64,000 nt of DNA from Acidovorax sp. (GTDB taxonomy: Bacteria; Pseudomonadota; Gammaproteobacteria; Burkholderiales; Burkholderiaceae_C): positions 4,990-68,989 of the forward strand of contig NZ_JAJTBB010000070.1 of NCBI RefSeq assembly GCF_021287135.1, in the 5' to 3' direction. Shown piece after piece: positions 1-9,805 of this stretch. The notes under the pieces are model-generated. The model was not told the DNA's origin. It saw only the letters and a list, made by a program, of their open reading frames with translations, and did no database searches. Position 1 is the first letter of the stretch, and each line of letters begins with the position of its first letter. Made by a program: the position numbers and the translations under genes.

Positions 1-602
1 CCTTCCATTTCCACCGCCAGCACGTCGTGGCCGGCGGCTTGCAGCGTGCCGCGCAGGTGCAGGGCCTCGCTGGCGGCGCACACGAAGCGGTCGCCGCTGG
101 CCACCAGGCCCTCGTGCACGCGGGGGGCGGCTGACGTCGCCGGTACCTGGCCCCCCATCGAATTCAAGCCCAATTGGCCTTCAGCGCTTGCCAGATAAGC
201 GCGAGCAGCTCCTGAAAGCAGAGCAGACAGCGCCGCATCGCACGCAAACCGGCTGCGCGCATAGCCGGGCACTTCCCAGCGCGGAAACAAGGGCGACGCG
301 TCCATGTCGTGCTGCAGGTACTCGCTGGCCACGACCACGTCGCCCACTTGCACCCCCTCGCCCACGCCACCGGCCACGCCGGTGAAGACCATGCGCGCCA
401 CCCCAAACCGCTCGACAAGCGCCGTGGCCGTGGTGGCCGCCGCCACCTTGCCAATGCCGGAGAGCGCCAGCACCACGGGCCGCCCCTGCAGTTCGCCCCG
501 CCAGAAGGCGCGGCCCGCGTGCATCAGCCGCTGCGGGTGCGACAGGTGCTGGACCAGCGAGCTTTGCTCTTCCGGCAACGCACTCAGAATGGCGGTCGTC
601 AT
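1..602 (-). CDS. mtnN: 5'-methylthioadenosine/S-adenosylhomocysteine nucleosidase family protein (C-terminus cut by window edge)
   Basis: Hand translation of minus strand from ATG (comp. 602-600): MTTAILSALPEEQSSLVQHLSHPQRLMHAGRAFWRGELQGRPVVLALSGIGKVAAATTATALVERFGVARMVFTGVAGGV...VASGDRFV...LAVEMEG. This is an MTAN/PNP-fold pattern. The frame is open to the window edge, so it is absent from the ORF track. Confidence 0.75.
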   Translation of the reverse strand, partial: MTTAILSALPEEQSSLVQHLSHPQRLMHAGRAFWRGELQGRPVVLALSGIGKVAAATTATALVERFGVARMVFTGVAGGVGEGVQVGDVVVASEYLQHDMDASPLFPRWEVPGYARSRFACDAALSALLSGAARAYLASAEGQLGLNSMGGQVPATSAAPRVHEGLVASGDRFVCAASEALHLRGTLQAAGHDVLAVEME

Positions 603-680
603 GGATCTACAAGGGTCAATACTGGCACGGCACAGCCCCGCGGACGCCGCGCAAGGGCCGCCCCGCCGCGCTGGCGTCGT

Positions 681-742
681 CCCCCTTCCCGCCGTGCGCA
701 GCGCGGCGAGAGAAGGGGGAGGCCGCGAAGCGGCTCAGGGGG
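681..742. repeat. GC-rich nested hairpin element (family C) directly 3' of fadD
   Basis: cccccttc...gaaggggg outer stem with an inner ccgccg/cggcg stem, followed by gaggccgcgaagcggctcaggggg. Resembles the element at 57701-57737. No T-run. Confidence 0.45.
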
Positions 743-746
743 ATGC

Positions 747-2426
747 TCACTTCCTTTCGCGCAACTCACGCCGCAAGATCTTGCCCACCGGCGTCTTGGG
801 CAGTTCGGTGCGGAACTCGATCACCTTGGGCTGCTTGTAGCCCGTGAGTTCATGGCGGCAGAACTCCTTGACCTGCGCTTCGGTCAACGCCGGGTCTTTC
901 TTGACGATGACGAGCTTGACCGCTTCGCCGGTCTTCTCGTCCGGCACGCCCACCACCGCGCACTCGAGCACGCCGGGGCAATTGGCCACGACTTCCTCGA
1001 CCTCGTTGGGGTAGACGTTGAAGCCGCTGACCAGCACCATGTCCTTCTTGCGGTCCACGATCTTGAAGAAGCCGCGCTCGTCCACCACGCCGATGTCGCC
1101 CGACTTGAAGAACCCGTCCTCGGTCATGACCTTGGCGGTCTCGTCCGGACGCTGCCAGTAGCCGGCCATGACCTGGGGGCCCTTGATGGCGATCTCGCCC
1201 GCCTGGCCCGGCGTGGTCACCTCGTGGCCTTCGTCGTCCAGCAGCTTCATGAAGGTGCTGGGCAGCGGCACGCCGATGGTGCCGGTGTACTCGGTGCTGG
1301 TGGTCGGGTTGCAGCTGGCCGACGGGCTGGTCTCCGACAGGCCGTAGCCCTCGCAGATGGGGCAGCCGGTCTTTTCGAGCCAGAGCTTGGCCACGGCCCC
1401 TTGCACGGCCATGCCGCCGCCCACCGAGACCTTCAGGTTCTTCCAGTTGACGGTGTTGAAGTCGGGGTGGTTGGCCAGGCCGTTGAACAAGGTGTTCACC
1501 GCCGGGAAGCTGTGGAAGGTGTGCTTGGACAGCTCCTTGAGCACGGCGGGCAGGTCGCGCGGATTGGGGATCAGGATCGTCTTGCCGCCCGTGCGCATGC
1601 TGAGCATCATGTTCACGGTAAAGGCGAAGATGTGGTACAGCGGCAGCGCGCAGATGCTGGTGGGCTGCTCGCCCGCGGGCACCTTCTTCATCACCGGCTC
1701 GTTCCAGGCCTCGGACTGCAGCACGTTGGCAATGATGTTCCGGTGCAGCAGCACCGCGCCCTTGCTCACACCGGTGGTGCCGCCGGTGTATTGCAGCAGG
1801 GCGATGTCGTCGGGGCGGATGTCCGGCTTCTTGAACGCGCCGCGCGCACCCTGCGCCACGGCGTCGTTGAAGCGCACGGCGCCCGGCAGGTCGTAGGCCG
1901 GCACCATCTTCTTGACGTTGCGCACCACGTAGTTGACCAGCGCGCCCTTGAGCAGCCCCAGCTGGTCGCCCATGGCGCAGAGCACCACATGCTTGACGGG
2001 GGTGTGGGCCAGGCAGCTCTGCAGCGTGGTGGCGAAATTTTCGATGAGGACGATCGCCTTGGCGCCGGAGTCCTTGAGCTGGTGCTCCAGCTCGCGGGGC
2101 GTGTACAGCGGGTTGACGTTGACCACCACGAAGCCCGCACGCAGGACGGCGGCCACCGCCACCGGGTACTGCGGCACGTTGGGCATCATGATGGCCACGC
2201 GGTCCCCCTTGACCAGGCCCAGGCCCTGCAGGTACGCCGCGAAGGCGCGGCTGAGGGCATCGGTCTGGGCGTAGGTCACGTCCTTGCCCATGAAGCTGTA
2301 GGCCACACGGTCTGCGTACCGGGTGAAGGCCTCGTCCATCAAGGCCACCAGCGAGGGGTACTGCGACGGGTCAATGTCCGCGGGAACGCCTTGCGGATAG
2401 GCGGCCAGCCAGGGGCGGTCGGTCAT
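747..2426 (-). CDS. fadD: long-chain-fatty-acid--CoA ligase
   Basis: ORF 747..2615 trimmed to Met64 (MTDRPWLAAYPQGVP). AMP-binding signatures LLQYTGGTTGVSKGAVLLHRN and GYGLSETSP; C-terminal PKTPVGKILRRELR. Confidence 0.9.
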   Translation of the reverse strand: MTDRPWLAAYPQGVPADIDPSQYPSLVALMDEAFTRYADRVAYSFMGKDVTYAQTDALSRAFAAYLQGLGLVKGDRVAIMMPNVPQYPVAVAAVLRAGFVVVNVNPLYTPRELEHQLKDSGAKAIVLIENFATTLQSCLAHTPVKHVVLCAMGDQLGLLKGALVNYVVRNVKKMVPAYDLPGAVRFNDAVAQGARGAFKKPDIRPDDIALLQYTGGTTGVSKGAVLLHRNIIANVLQSEAWNEPVMKKVPAGEQPTSICALPLYHIFAFTVNMMLSMRTGGKTILIPNPRDLPAVLKELSKHTFHSFPAVNTLFNGLANHPDFNTVNWKNLKVSVGGGMAVQGAVAKLWLEKTGCPICEGYGLSETSPSASCNPTTSTEYTGTIGVPLPSTFMKLLDDEGHEVTTPGQAGEIAIKGPQVMAGYWQRPDETAKVMTEDGFFKSGDIGVVDERGFFKIVDRKKDMVLVSGFNVYPNEVEEVVANCPGVLECAVVGVPDEKTGEAVKLVIVKKDPALTEAQVKEFCRHELTGYKQPKVIEFRTELPKTPVGKILRRELRERK

Positions 2427-2607
2427 GGTGCGTGTCTCTCCAAATTCTTCTAGACGGAACGGAATCGAAATGGACTGCGGCGCGGTGGGGACCGCATTGT
2501 CCCCGCCGTCCGGCAGCCCCATGGTTGTAGTTTCCCCTAGGCGCCGCAGCGGTACGGCCGCAGCGCCATCTTTTTTTGTGGTTTTCCTGTGCGCGGCCGG
2601 AACGCGG

Positions 2608-4032
2608 TCATTCAATGGCCTTGCCGATGTCCTCGACCACCTTCTTGGCGTCGCCGAAGACCATCATGGTCTTGTCCATGTAGAACAGCTCGTTGTCCAG
2701 GCCTGCGTAGCCGGCCGCCATGGAGCGCTTGTTCACGATCACGGTCTTGGCCTTGTAGGCCTCCAGGATGGGCATGCCGTAGATGGGGCTGCCCTTGGTG
2801 TGCGCGGCGGGGTTCACCACGTCGTTGGCGCCCAGGATGATGGCCACGTCGGCCTGGCCGAACTCGCCGTTGATGTCCTCCATCTCGAAGACCTGGTCGT
2901 AGGGCACCTCGGCCTCGGCCAGCAGCACGTTCATGTGGCCCGGCATGCGGCCCGCCACGGGGTGGATGGCGTATTTGACGGTGATGCCCTTGTCCACCAG
3001 CTTTTGCGCCAGCTCTTTCACGGCGTGCTGGGCGCGCGCCACGGCCAGGCCGTAGCCCGGCACGATGACCACGGTCTCGGCATTGCCCAGCACGAAGGCC
3101 GCGTCGTCGGCGCTGCCGCTCTTGACGCTGCGCTGCACCTGGCTGGCGCCACCGGCGGCCGCGGCCTCGCCGCCAAAGCCGCCCAGGATCACGTTGAAGA
3201 ACGAGCGGTTCATGGCCTTGCACATGATGTAGCTCAGGATGGCGCCCGAGCTGCCCACCAGCGAGCCGGCAATGATCAGCATGCTGTTGTTGAGCGAGAA
3301 CCCGATGCCCGCGGCGGCCCAGCCCGAGTAGCTGTTGAGCATCGACACCACCACCGGCATGTCCGCGCCGCCGATGGGAATGATGATGAGCACGCCCAGC
3401 ACGAAGGACAGGGCCAGCATGGCGAAGAACGCCGTCCAGTTCTCGGTGGCCATGAACACCAGCCCCAGGCCCACGGTGGCCAGGCCCAGCACCAGGTTGA
3501 GCAGATGCTGCCCCGCGAACTGCACCGGCGCGCCCTGGAACAGGCGGAACTTGTACTTGCCCGAGAGCTTGCCGAAGGCGATGACCGAGCCGCTGAACGT
3601 GATGGCGCCGATGGCCGCGCCCAGGAACAGCTCCAGGCGGTTGCCCGCAGGGATGGGCTGGCCCTTGGCCACGATCTGGAACGCCCAGGGCTCGGCCACG
3701 GCGGCGATGGCGATGAACACGGCAGCCAGGCCGATCATGCTGTGCATGAACGCCACCAGCTCGGGCATCTTGGTCATCTCCACCCGGTGGGCCATGAAGG
3801 CGCCGGCCGCACCGCCCACCACCAGCGCGCCCAGCACGTACACCATGCCCTGCGCCTTGCCGCCTGACAGCTCCACGATGAGCGCCGACGTGGTCAGGAT
3901 GGCAATGGCCATGCCCGCCATGCCGAACACGTTGCCACGGATGGACGTGGTGGGATGCGACAGGCCCTTGAGCGCCTGGATGAAGCAGACGCTGGCGACC
4001 AGGTACAGCAGCGTGACGAGGTTCATGCTCAT
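2608..4032 (-). CDS. pntB: NAD(P) transhydrogenase subunit beta
   Basis: ORF trimmed to MSMNLVTLLYLVASVCFIQALKGLSHP. Polytopic N-half plus NADP(H) dIII domain (VIVPGYGLAVARAQH, GANDVVNPAA). ATGA overlap with pntAB. Confidence 0.93.
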   Translation of the reverse strand: MSMNLVTLLYLVASVCFIQALKGLSHPTTSIRGNVFGMAGMAIAILTTSALIVELSGGKAQGMVYVLGALVVGGAAGAFMAHRVEMTKMPELVAFMHSMIGLAAVFIAIAAVAEPWAFQIVAKGQPIPAGNRLELFLGAAIGAITFSGSVIAFGKLSGKYKFRLFQGAPVQFAGQHLLNLVLGLATVGLGLVFMATENWTAFFAMLALSFVLGVLIIIPIGGADMPVVVSMLNSYSGWAAAGIGFSLNNSMLIIAGSLVGSSGAILSYIMCKAMNRSFFNVILGGFGGEAAAAGGASQVQRSVKSGSADDAAFVLGNAETVVIVPGYGLAVARAQHAVKELAQKLVDKGITVKYAIHPVAGRMPGHMNVLLAEAEVPYDQVFEMEDINGEFGQADVAIILGANDVVNPAAHTKGSPIYGMPILEAYKAKTVIVNKRSMAAGYAGLDNELFYMDKTMMVFGDAKKVVEDIGKAIE

Positions 4033-4358
4033 GCCTGCTCTCCCCCGGCCTTGGGCGCTGCCGCCTTCCGGTCCTTCTTCTTGAACATCTCGAGCATGCG
4101 GCGGGTCACCAGGAAGCCGCCAAACACGTTCACCGCCGCCAGCGCCACGGCCAGCACCCCCATGCCCTTGCCCAGCGGGGTCTCGGTCAGGGCCGCCGCC
4201 AGCATGGCCCCCACGATCACGATGGCCGACACCGCGTTGGTCACCGCCATGAGCGGCGTGTGCAGGGCCGGCGTGACGTTCCACACCACGTGGTAACCCA
4301 CATAGATGGCCAGCACGAAGATGATCAGGTTGATGAGGGTGGGAGAGACGGCGTCCAT
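4029..4358 (-). CDS. pntAB: NAD(P) transhydrogenase subunit alpha part 2 (small membrane subunit)
   Basis: 109 aa: MDAVSPTLINLIIFVLAIYVGYHVVWNVTPALHTPLMAVTNAVSAIVIVGA. Typical split-PntA membrane piece. Confidence 0.9.
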   Translation of the reverse strand: MDAVSPTLINLIIFVLAIYVGYHVVWNVTPALHTPLMAVTNAVSAIVIVGAMLAAALTETPLGKGMGVLAVALAAVNVFGGFLVTRRMLEMFKKKDRKAAAPKAGGEQA

Positions 4359-4413
4359 GGGGTCCTTCGTTCAGCGGTAGTTTCAGGAAGACCAGCGGCT
4401 CACGCCCCGGCCA

Positions 4414-5181
4414 TCACTGGGGAAGCGGCAGCGGAAACGGCGGCAGGGCAAAGAAGCCGTCCACCATGCCCACGCTGGTGCGCGCGGCCTGCACCACCTT
4501 CTGGCTCCACTCCTGCACCGGCAGGCCCGCGCGGAGGAATTCCTCGTTGTTGCGGGGCTTGGGCCACAGCAGGCGCTGGTCCACGATGGCGTTCACATTG
4601 ATGTACGCCCCGCCTTCCGTGGCATAGCGGTAGTTCAGGTGGGTATAGGGCGTGTTGACGGTGGCATGGTGCTCGTCCAGCCAGCGCACCACGGCGGGGT
4701 GGTTCTTCTCGATCCATCCCTTGTTGTTGGCCCAGCGCTTGACCTGCAGGCAATCGATGCGCACGGGGCTGGCTTCCGCGGCGTCCACGACCCGCAGGTC
4801 GGGCTGCTGCTGGCACGCCCCCGTCCAGAGCGTGGGGCCTTGCCATTTGTTGGTGCGGTTGGTCTGCAGCAGCACCACGGCCAGCAGCTCCTTGTTGGCA
4901 CCGCGCAGCCCCACGGCCCGCGTCTGCAAGGGGAAACTGCCCGGCAGGGGCTGCAGCGGCAGCGCCTCGTTGGAGCTCCCCAGGTCTTCCCAGTCCGTGG
5001 ATGGCAGCACCAGCCGCGCACGCCCGGCGCCGTACTCCTCCGGCCCCGCCGGGATGGGGGCGCAGGCGCTGAGGCCCGCGGCCGCCACCGCCGCCGCCAG
5101 CAGCCAGGCCGCTGTGCGGCGCGGGCCGGCGCCTGGGAGTTGAGTCTTGTTCTTCTTCACGTTCTTGCCAATGGAATTCAT
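4414..5181 (-). CDS. predicted lipoprotein of unknown function embedded in the pnt operon
   Basis: 255 aa. Basic n-region, hydrophobic core and lipobox AAGLSAC. No family recognised. ATG overlaps the pntAA stop (ATGA at 5178-5181). Confidence 0.6.
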   Translation of the reverse strand: MNSIGKNVKKNKTQLPGAGPRRTAAWLLAAAVAAAGLSACAPIPAGPEEYGAGRARLVLPSTDWEDLGSSNEALPLQPLPGSFPLQTRAVGLRGANKELLAVVLLQTNRTNKWQGPTLWTGACQQQPDLRVVDAAEASPVRIDCLQVKRWANNKGWIEKNHPAVVRWLDEHHATVNTPYTHLNYRYATEGGAYINVNAIVDQRLLWPKPRNNEEFLRAGLPVQEWSQKVVQAARTSVGMVDGFFALPPFPLPLPQ

Positions 5182-6293
5182 GCGCGCTTTACCGTGCCTT
5201 CATGGGCCACGAGGCAAGCCGCAACGATGTCGTCCTGCAGGTCCATGTGCAAGGCACCGTCCTTGTTGATGATGAGTTTGAGAAAGTCCAGCACGTTGCG
5301 GGCATAGAGCGAGGAGGCGTCCGCCGCCACCAGGGCCGGCAGATTGGTTTCGCCGACCAGTGTCACCCCGTGCCGGACCACGGTCTTGCCGGCTTCGGTG
5401 AGCGGGCAATTGCCGCCCTGCGGCGCCGCAATGTCCACGATCACCGATCCGGGCTTCATGGACCGTACCATGTCTTCGGTGACCAGCACCGGCGCGGGCC
5501 GCCCGGGGATGAGCGCGGTGGTGATGACCACGTCGGCCTGCGCCACGCGCTTGGCCACTTCGGCCTTCTGGCGCTCCAGCCAGCTGGCGGGCATGGGCCG
5601 CGCGTAGCCGCCCACACCCTCGGCCGCCTCTTTTTCTTCCTGCGTTTCGTAGGGTACGTCGATGAACTTGGCGCCCAGCGACTCCACCTGCTCCTTCACG
5701 CTGGGCCGCACGTCTGAGGCTTCGATCACGGCCCCCAGCCGCTTGGCCGTGGCGATGGCCTGCAACCCCGCAACGCCCACGCCCAGGATCACCACGCGCG
5801 CCGCCTTCACGGTGCCGGCGGCCGTCATCAGCATGGGGAAGAAGCGCTGGTAGCGGTCGGCCGCGAGCATCACGGCCTTGTAGCCGGCGATGTTGGCCTG
5901 CGACGACAGTACGTCCATGCTTTGCGCCCGCGTGGTGCGGGGCGCGGCTTCGAGCGCATAGGCCGTGACCCCGGCCGCCGCCAGCCGCTGCAGCCCGGCC
6001 GCGTCAAAGGGGTTGAGCATGCCCACCAGCGTCGCGCCGGCGCGCAGGCGCACGGCCTCGGCGTCTTGCGGCGCGCGCACCTTGAGCACCAGGTCCGCCC
6101 CCCAGGCCCCGGCGGCATCGGTGATTTCCGCGCCGGCCGCCTCGTATGCGGCATCCGTCACGCTGGCGGCCACGCCCGCCCCGGACTCGATGCGCAAGGT
6201 GTGGCCCTGGGCCTTCAGCTTCTTGACCGTTTCCGGCGTCGCCGCGACCCGGGTTTCTCCCGCCATGGACTCCGCAGGCACACCAATCAGCAT
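5178..6293 (-). CDS. pntAA: NAD(P) transhydrogenase subunit alpha part 1 (dI, NAD(H)-binding)
   Basis: MLIGVPAESMAGETRVAATPETVKKLKAQGH. Alanine-dehydrogenase/PNT fold with Rossmann motif VVILGVGVAGLQAIATAKRLGA. Confidence 0.93.
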   Translation of the reverse strand: MLIGVPAESMAGETRVAATPETVKKLKAQGHTLRIESGAGVAASVTDAAYEAAGAEITDAAGAWGADLVLKVRAPQDAEAVRLRAGATLVGMLNPFDAAGLQRLAAAGVTAYALEAAPRTTRAQSMDVLSSQANIAGYKAVMLAADRYQRFFPMLMTAAGTVKAARVVILGVGVAGLQAIATAKRLGAVIEASDVRPSVKEQVESLGAKFIDVPYETQEEKEAAEGVGGYARPMPASWLERQKAEVAKRVAQADVVITTALIPGRPAPVLVTEDMVRSMKPGSVIVDIAAPQGGNCPLTEAGKTVVRHGVTLVGETNLPALVAADASSLYARNVLDFLKLIINKDGALHMDLQDDIVAACLVAHEGTVKRA

Positions 6294-6426
6294 GTCGTCT
6301 CCTCGAAGAGGGTCAGTGGAATTACTTAGTTACTGACCACGAGCTTACATGAAGAATTTCTCATGGCTGTCGCCTTTGTCTGATGTAGAGGGAACTCCCC
6401 AGGGCCCCGGCCGCACAGCGGCCCAT

Positions 6427-6458
6427 GAAAAAAGCCCGGCCGCTTGCGCGCCGGGCTT
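6427..6458 (-). terminator. rho-independent terminator downstream of fba
   Basis: Minus-strand read: aagcccggc-gcgcaagcg-gccgggctt followed by tttttt. 9-bp GC stem, about 35 nt after the fba stop. Confidence 0.75.
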
Positions 6459-6494
6459 GGAAGGCTTCCCGCACAGGACTTTCGGGACGCCGGG

Positions 6495-7559
6495 TCAGTT
6501 CACCACCTGGGCCAGCGTGCCCGATGCGTAGCGCTGCGCGACTTCCTGCAGGCTGTAACCCTTGATCTTCGCGCCCTGGCCTTCGCAGCCGAACTCCAGG
6601 TAGCGCTGCTTGCACACGGCCTTGGCGGCCTCGCGGGCGGGCTTGAGCCACTCGCGGGCGTCGAACTTGTCGGGGTTCTCGGCCAGGAACTTGCGCACCG
6701 CGCCGGTCATGGCCAGACGGATGTCGGTGTCGATGTTGATCTTGCGCACGCCGTACTTGATGGCTTCCTGGATTTCCTCGACGGGCACGCCGTAGGTTTC
6801 CTTCATCTTGCCGCCGTACTGGTTGATGATGGCCAGCAACTCCGCCGGCACGGAGGACGAGCCGTGCATCACCAGGTGGGTGTTGGGGATGCGGGCGTGG
6901 ATTTCCTTCACGCGGCTGATGGCCAGGATGTCGCCCGTGGGCTTGCGGCTGAACTTGTAGGCGCCGTGGCTGGTGCCGATGGCGATCGCCAGGGCGTCCA
7001 GCTGGGTGGCCTTCACGAAGGTGGCGGCTTCCTCGGGGTCGGTCAGCATCTGGCTGTGGTCGAGCTTGCCCACGGCGCCAATGCCGTCTTCCTCGCCCGC
7101 GTCGCCGGTCTCCAGGTTGCCCAGGCAGCCCAGCTCGCCCTCCACCGTCACGCCCACCTTGTGGGCCATGTCCACCACCTTGCGGGTCACGTCCACGTTG
7201 TAGTCGAAGCTCGACGGCGTCTTGCCGTCTTCCATCAGCGAGCCGTCCATCATCACCGAGCCAAAGCCCAGGTGGATCGCGCCTTCGCAGACCTTGGGCG
7301 ACGTGCCATGGTCCTGGTGCATCACGAGCGGGATGTGGGGATAGGCTTCCGCCGCCGCCTGGATCAGGTGCTTGATGAAGGGCTCGCCCGCATATTTGCG
7401 GGCACCGGCGCTGGCCTGCAGGATCACGGGGGCGCCCACCTCGTCGGCGGCTGCCATCACGGCCTGGACCTGCTCCAGGTTGTTGACGTTGAAAGCGGGG
7501 ATGCCGTAGCTGTTGGCAGCGGCATGGTCGAGCAGTTCGCGCATCGAAACGAGAGGCAT
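6495..7559 (-). CDS. fba: class II fructose-bisphosphate aldolase
   Basis: ORF trimmed to [30 protein letters not shown]. Motifs VMHQDHG and [10 protein letters not shown]. 354 aa. Confidence 0.93.
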   Translation of the reverse strand: MPLVSMRELLDHAAANSYGIPAFNVNNLEQVQAVMAAADEVGAPVILQASAGARKYAGEPFIKHLIQAAAEAYPHIPLVMHQDHGTSPKVCEGAIHLGFGSVMMDGSLMEDGKTPSSFDYNVDVTRKVVDMAHKVGVTVEGELGCLGNLETGDAGEEDGIGAVGKLDHSQMLTDPEEAATFVKATQLDALAIAIGTSHGAYKFSRKPTGDILAISRVKEIHARIPNTHLVMHGSSSVPAELLAIINQYGGKMKETYGVPVEEIQEAIKYGVRKINIDTDIRLAMTGAVRKFLAENPDKFDAREWLKPAREAAKAVCKQRYLEFGCEGQGAKIKGYSLQEVAQRYASGTLAQVVN

Positions 7560-7639
7560 GGTCGTAGGGTCCGTTGAAGGGTGGAAGAAGGCGCTGCCAG
7601 GCAGGCTCGGCGGTGGTAACCGCTTGGTAACCGGCAATT

Positions 7640-9022
7640 TTAACCGGCGGCTTCGGCCGGGGCGCCTGGCAAAACCAAGCGGTAGCAGGTGGTAAACGGC
7701 GCGGGCGCCGGGGCCGGGCCGAAGCCGCCGCCGTGCACCTCGGCCACCCGGCGCAGGATTTCATGGCCCAGGTGCAGGCTGTCCGCCGCCGGCCGGGCGC
7801 TGGCGCCGCCCGCGCCCTGGCGTGCGCCGCCGTCGTCGCACACCTGCAGCCAGGCGCCGCCGTCGCCCGACGGCGCCACCTGCACGGCAATGTGCGTGCC
7901 CTCGGGGGTGTGCTTGAGCGCGTTTTCCACCAGGTTGCGCGCAGCAATGTCCAGCAGCAGCGCATGTCCGGGCACCCAAAGTTCCGGGGGGGCGGTCACG
8001 GCGATATCGTCGCCGCGCTGCCACGCCGTCTGGGCATAGTCGGCGCACACCTGGCGGGCCACGGCGCACAGGTCCACGGGGGCCTTGGCTTCGTGGAGCT
8101 CGGCCCGGCTCGCGCGCGCCAGGGTCAGCAGCTGGTGGAGCACGTGCCCGGCCCGCAGCGCGTCCTGGCCAATGCGGTCGATGGCCTGCGCCCGCGCATC
8201 GGCGTCCAGCGGCCCGGCCAGGGCGCTGGCCTGCAGTGCGATGGACGACAGCGGCGTGCGCAGCTCATGGGCCACCTCGTTGGCCAGGCGGCGCTCGCGC
8301 ACGAGCGCCGCCTGCTGGCGGTCCAGCAGCGTGTTGATGGACGCAACGACCGACTGGAACTCGTTCCAGGCGTGGCGCGACGCCAGCCGCTGCGTGCTGG
8401 TCGGGTCCAGGGCGGCCACATCGGCCGACAGGGCATAGAGCGGGCGCAGGCCCCGCCACAGGGCCAGGCCCAGCGCCAGCGCCACCACGGGCAGCAGCCA
8501 CAGGCCCGGCTCGATCATCTGCTCGGCAATGTCTTCCGCCAGGTCATCGCGCTCGCGCAATTCCAGCAGCACCATGATCTTGCGCTGGCGGGCGGCGTCC
8601 CATTGGGAAAAACTGCGCCACGCGACCTGTTCGGGCCCCAGCACCAGGTCGGCGAAGCCCTCGGCCACGGTGAACGGCGGGGGCGCGGCCACCCCCCGCA
8701 GGGAAAGAACGCGGCCCTGGGCATCCCACTGCACCACGCTCAGCGACTGCTGGTAGTCATGGGACTTGAGCCAGGGCGTGGGCGCCTGGGGCGTGACCTG
8801 CGGCCCCTGCATGGACTCGGTGGCGCGCAGGTTCAGCAGCAGCGCCGCCACGCTGGCCAGGTGCCCGTCGGTCAGCTCATCCGCCTCGTGCACCCCGGTC
8901 TGGTAGCCAATGACCACGAAGCTGGCCCACACCAGCACCAGCACCCCCAACGTCCACAGCAGCAGCTGCCGGGTCAGCGACGGGCCGCGCGCAGCCGGGG
9001 GGCCGCCCTGGGCCGGAGTCAT
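7640..9022 (-). CDS. two-component sensor histidine kinase
   Basis: Two predicted TM segments. H-box [13 protein letters not shown] and HATPase region ([17 protein letters not shown]). ATGA overlap with the response-regulator gene. Confidence 0.85.
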   Translation of the reverse strand: MTPAQGGPPAARGPSLTRQLLLWTLGVLVLVWASFVVIGYQTGVHEADELTDGHLASVAALLLNLRATESMQGPQVTPQAPTPWLKSHDYQQSLSVVQWDAQGRVLSLRGVAAPPPFTVAEGFADLVLGPEQVAWRSFSQWDAARQRKIMVLLELRERDDLAEDIAEQMIEPGLWLLPVVALALGLALWRGLRPLYALSADVAALDPTSTQRLASRHAWNEFQSVVASINTLLDRQQAALVRERRLANEVAHELRTPLSSIALQASALAGPLDADARAQAIDRIGQDALRAGHVLHQLLTLARASRAELHEAKAPVDLCAVARQVCADYAQTAWQRGDDIAVTAPPELWVPGHALLLDIAARNLVENALKHTPEGTHIAVQVAPSGDGGAWLQVCDDGGARQGAGGASARPAADSLHLGHEILRRVAEVHGGGFGPAPAPAPFTTCYRLVLPGAPAEAAG

Positions 9023-9723
9023 GGCGCCACCGCCTGCGGCACAAAGTAGCCCACGCCGCGCATGGTCTGGATGCAGCCGCTGCCCAGCTTGCGGCGCAGG
9101 TGGTGGATGTGCACTTCCACCGCGTTGCTCTCGATGGCGGCATCCCAGCTGTACAGCCGCTCTTCGATCTGCTGGCGCGACAGCACCCGCCCGCGGGCCT
9201 CCAGCAGCACCAGCAGCACGGAGAACTCCCGCGGGGACATCTCGACCGGCTTGCCCTGCAGCCGCACCGTCCGGGTGGCCGGGTCCAGCTCGATGTCACC
9301 GTGGCGGATGGTGGGCGACGCGCGCCCCGCGGCCCGCCGCAGCAGCGCGCGCAGGCGTGCGTCCAGTTCGTCCACGTCGAACGGCTTGGTCAGGTAGTCG
9401 TCGGCGCCGAGATCCAGCCCCGCCACGCGCTGGTGCACCTGGTCCCGGGCGGTCACGATGAGCACGGGGGTGGCCGGATCCGGCAGGGCCGGGGGAGCGC
9501 CCGCTGCGGCCGCAGGGCTCAGGCGCAGCCGCCGCAGCAGTTCGCCGCCGTCACCGTCGGCCAGCCCCAGGTCGAGCAGCACCGCGTCAAAGCGCTCCGC
9601 CCGCAGCGCGCTCCAGGCGCCCGCCACGCCGTCACAGACGTCCACCGCATAGCCGCGTTGCTGGAGGTTGGTGCGCAGGCCGCTGGCAATGCCTGCATCG
9701 TCTTCGACCACGAGGATTCGCAT
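9019..9723 (-). CDS. OmpR-family response regulator
   Basis: MRILVVEDD receiver with LLDLGLADGDG, plus winged-helix output (VEVHIHHLRRKLG...IQTMRGVGY). Confidence 0.9.
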   Translation of the reverse strand: MRILVVEDDAGIASGLRTNLQQRGYAVDVCDGVAGAWSALRAERFDAVLLDLGLADGDGGELLRRLRLSPAAAAGAPPALPDPATPVLIVTARDQVHQRVAGLDLGADDYLTKPFDVDELDARLRALLRRAAGRASPTIRHGDIELDPATRTVRLQGKPVEMSPREFSVLLVLLEARGRVLSRQQIEERLYSWDAAIESNAVEVHIHHLRRKLGSGCIQTMRGVGYFVPQAVAP

Positions 9724-9805
9724 GGCGCCATTGTCGCAGCGCCCGCCGGGGCCGGACGAACGGGCGGCCCCGGCGCCATTAAGACCGTGTTAAGTAGCCC
9801 ACCCT

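Noticed and set aside
623-628. TGGCAC resembling a sigma-54 -24 element
   Set aside because: No TTGC -12 element follows at the right spacing, and no + strand gene lies downstream.
309-2453. 714-aa ORF on the + strand
   Set aside because: It lies antisense to fadD. Its composition is Arg/Gly/Ala/His-rich with no family resemblance. It is a typical high-GC shadow ORF, and the fadD frame has clear AMP-binding motifs.
2540-2577. Imperfect GC hairpin followed by TTTTTTT on the + strand between pntB and fadD
   Set aside because: It is oriented for a + strand transcript, but both neighbours are on the - strand. On the - strand the A-run precedes the stem, so it is not a convincing terminator for pntB. 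The stem has several mismatches.
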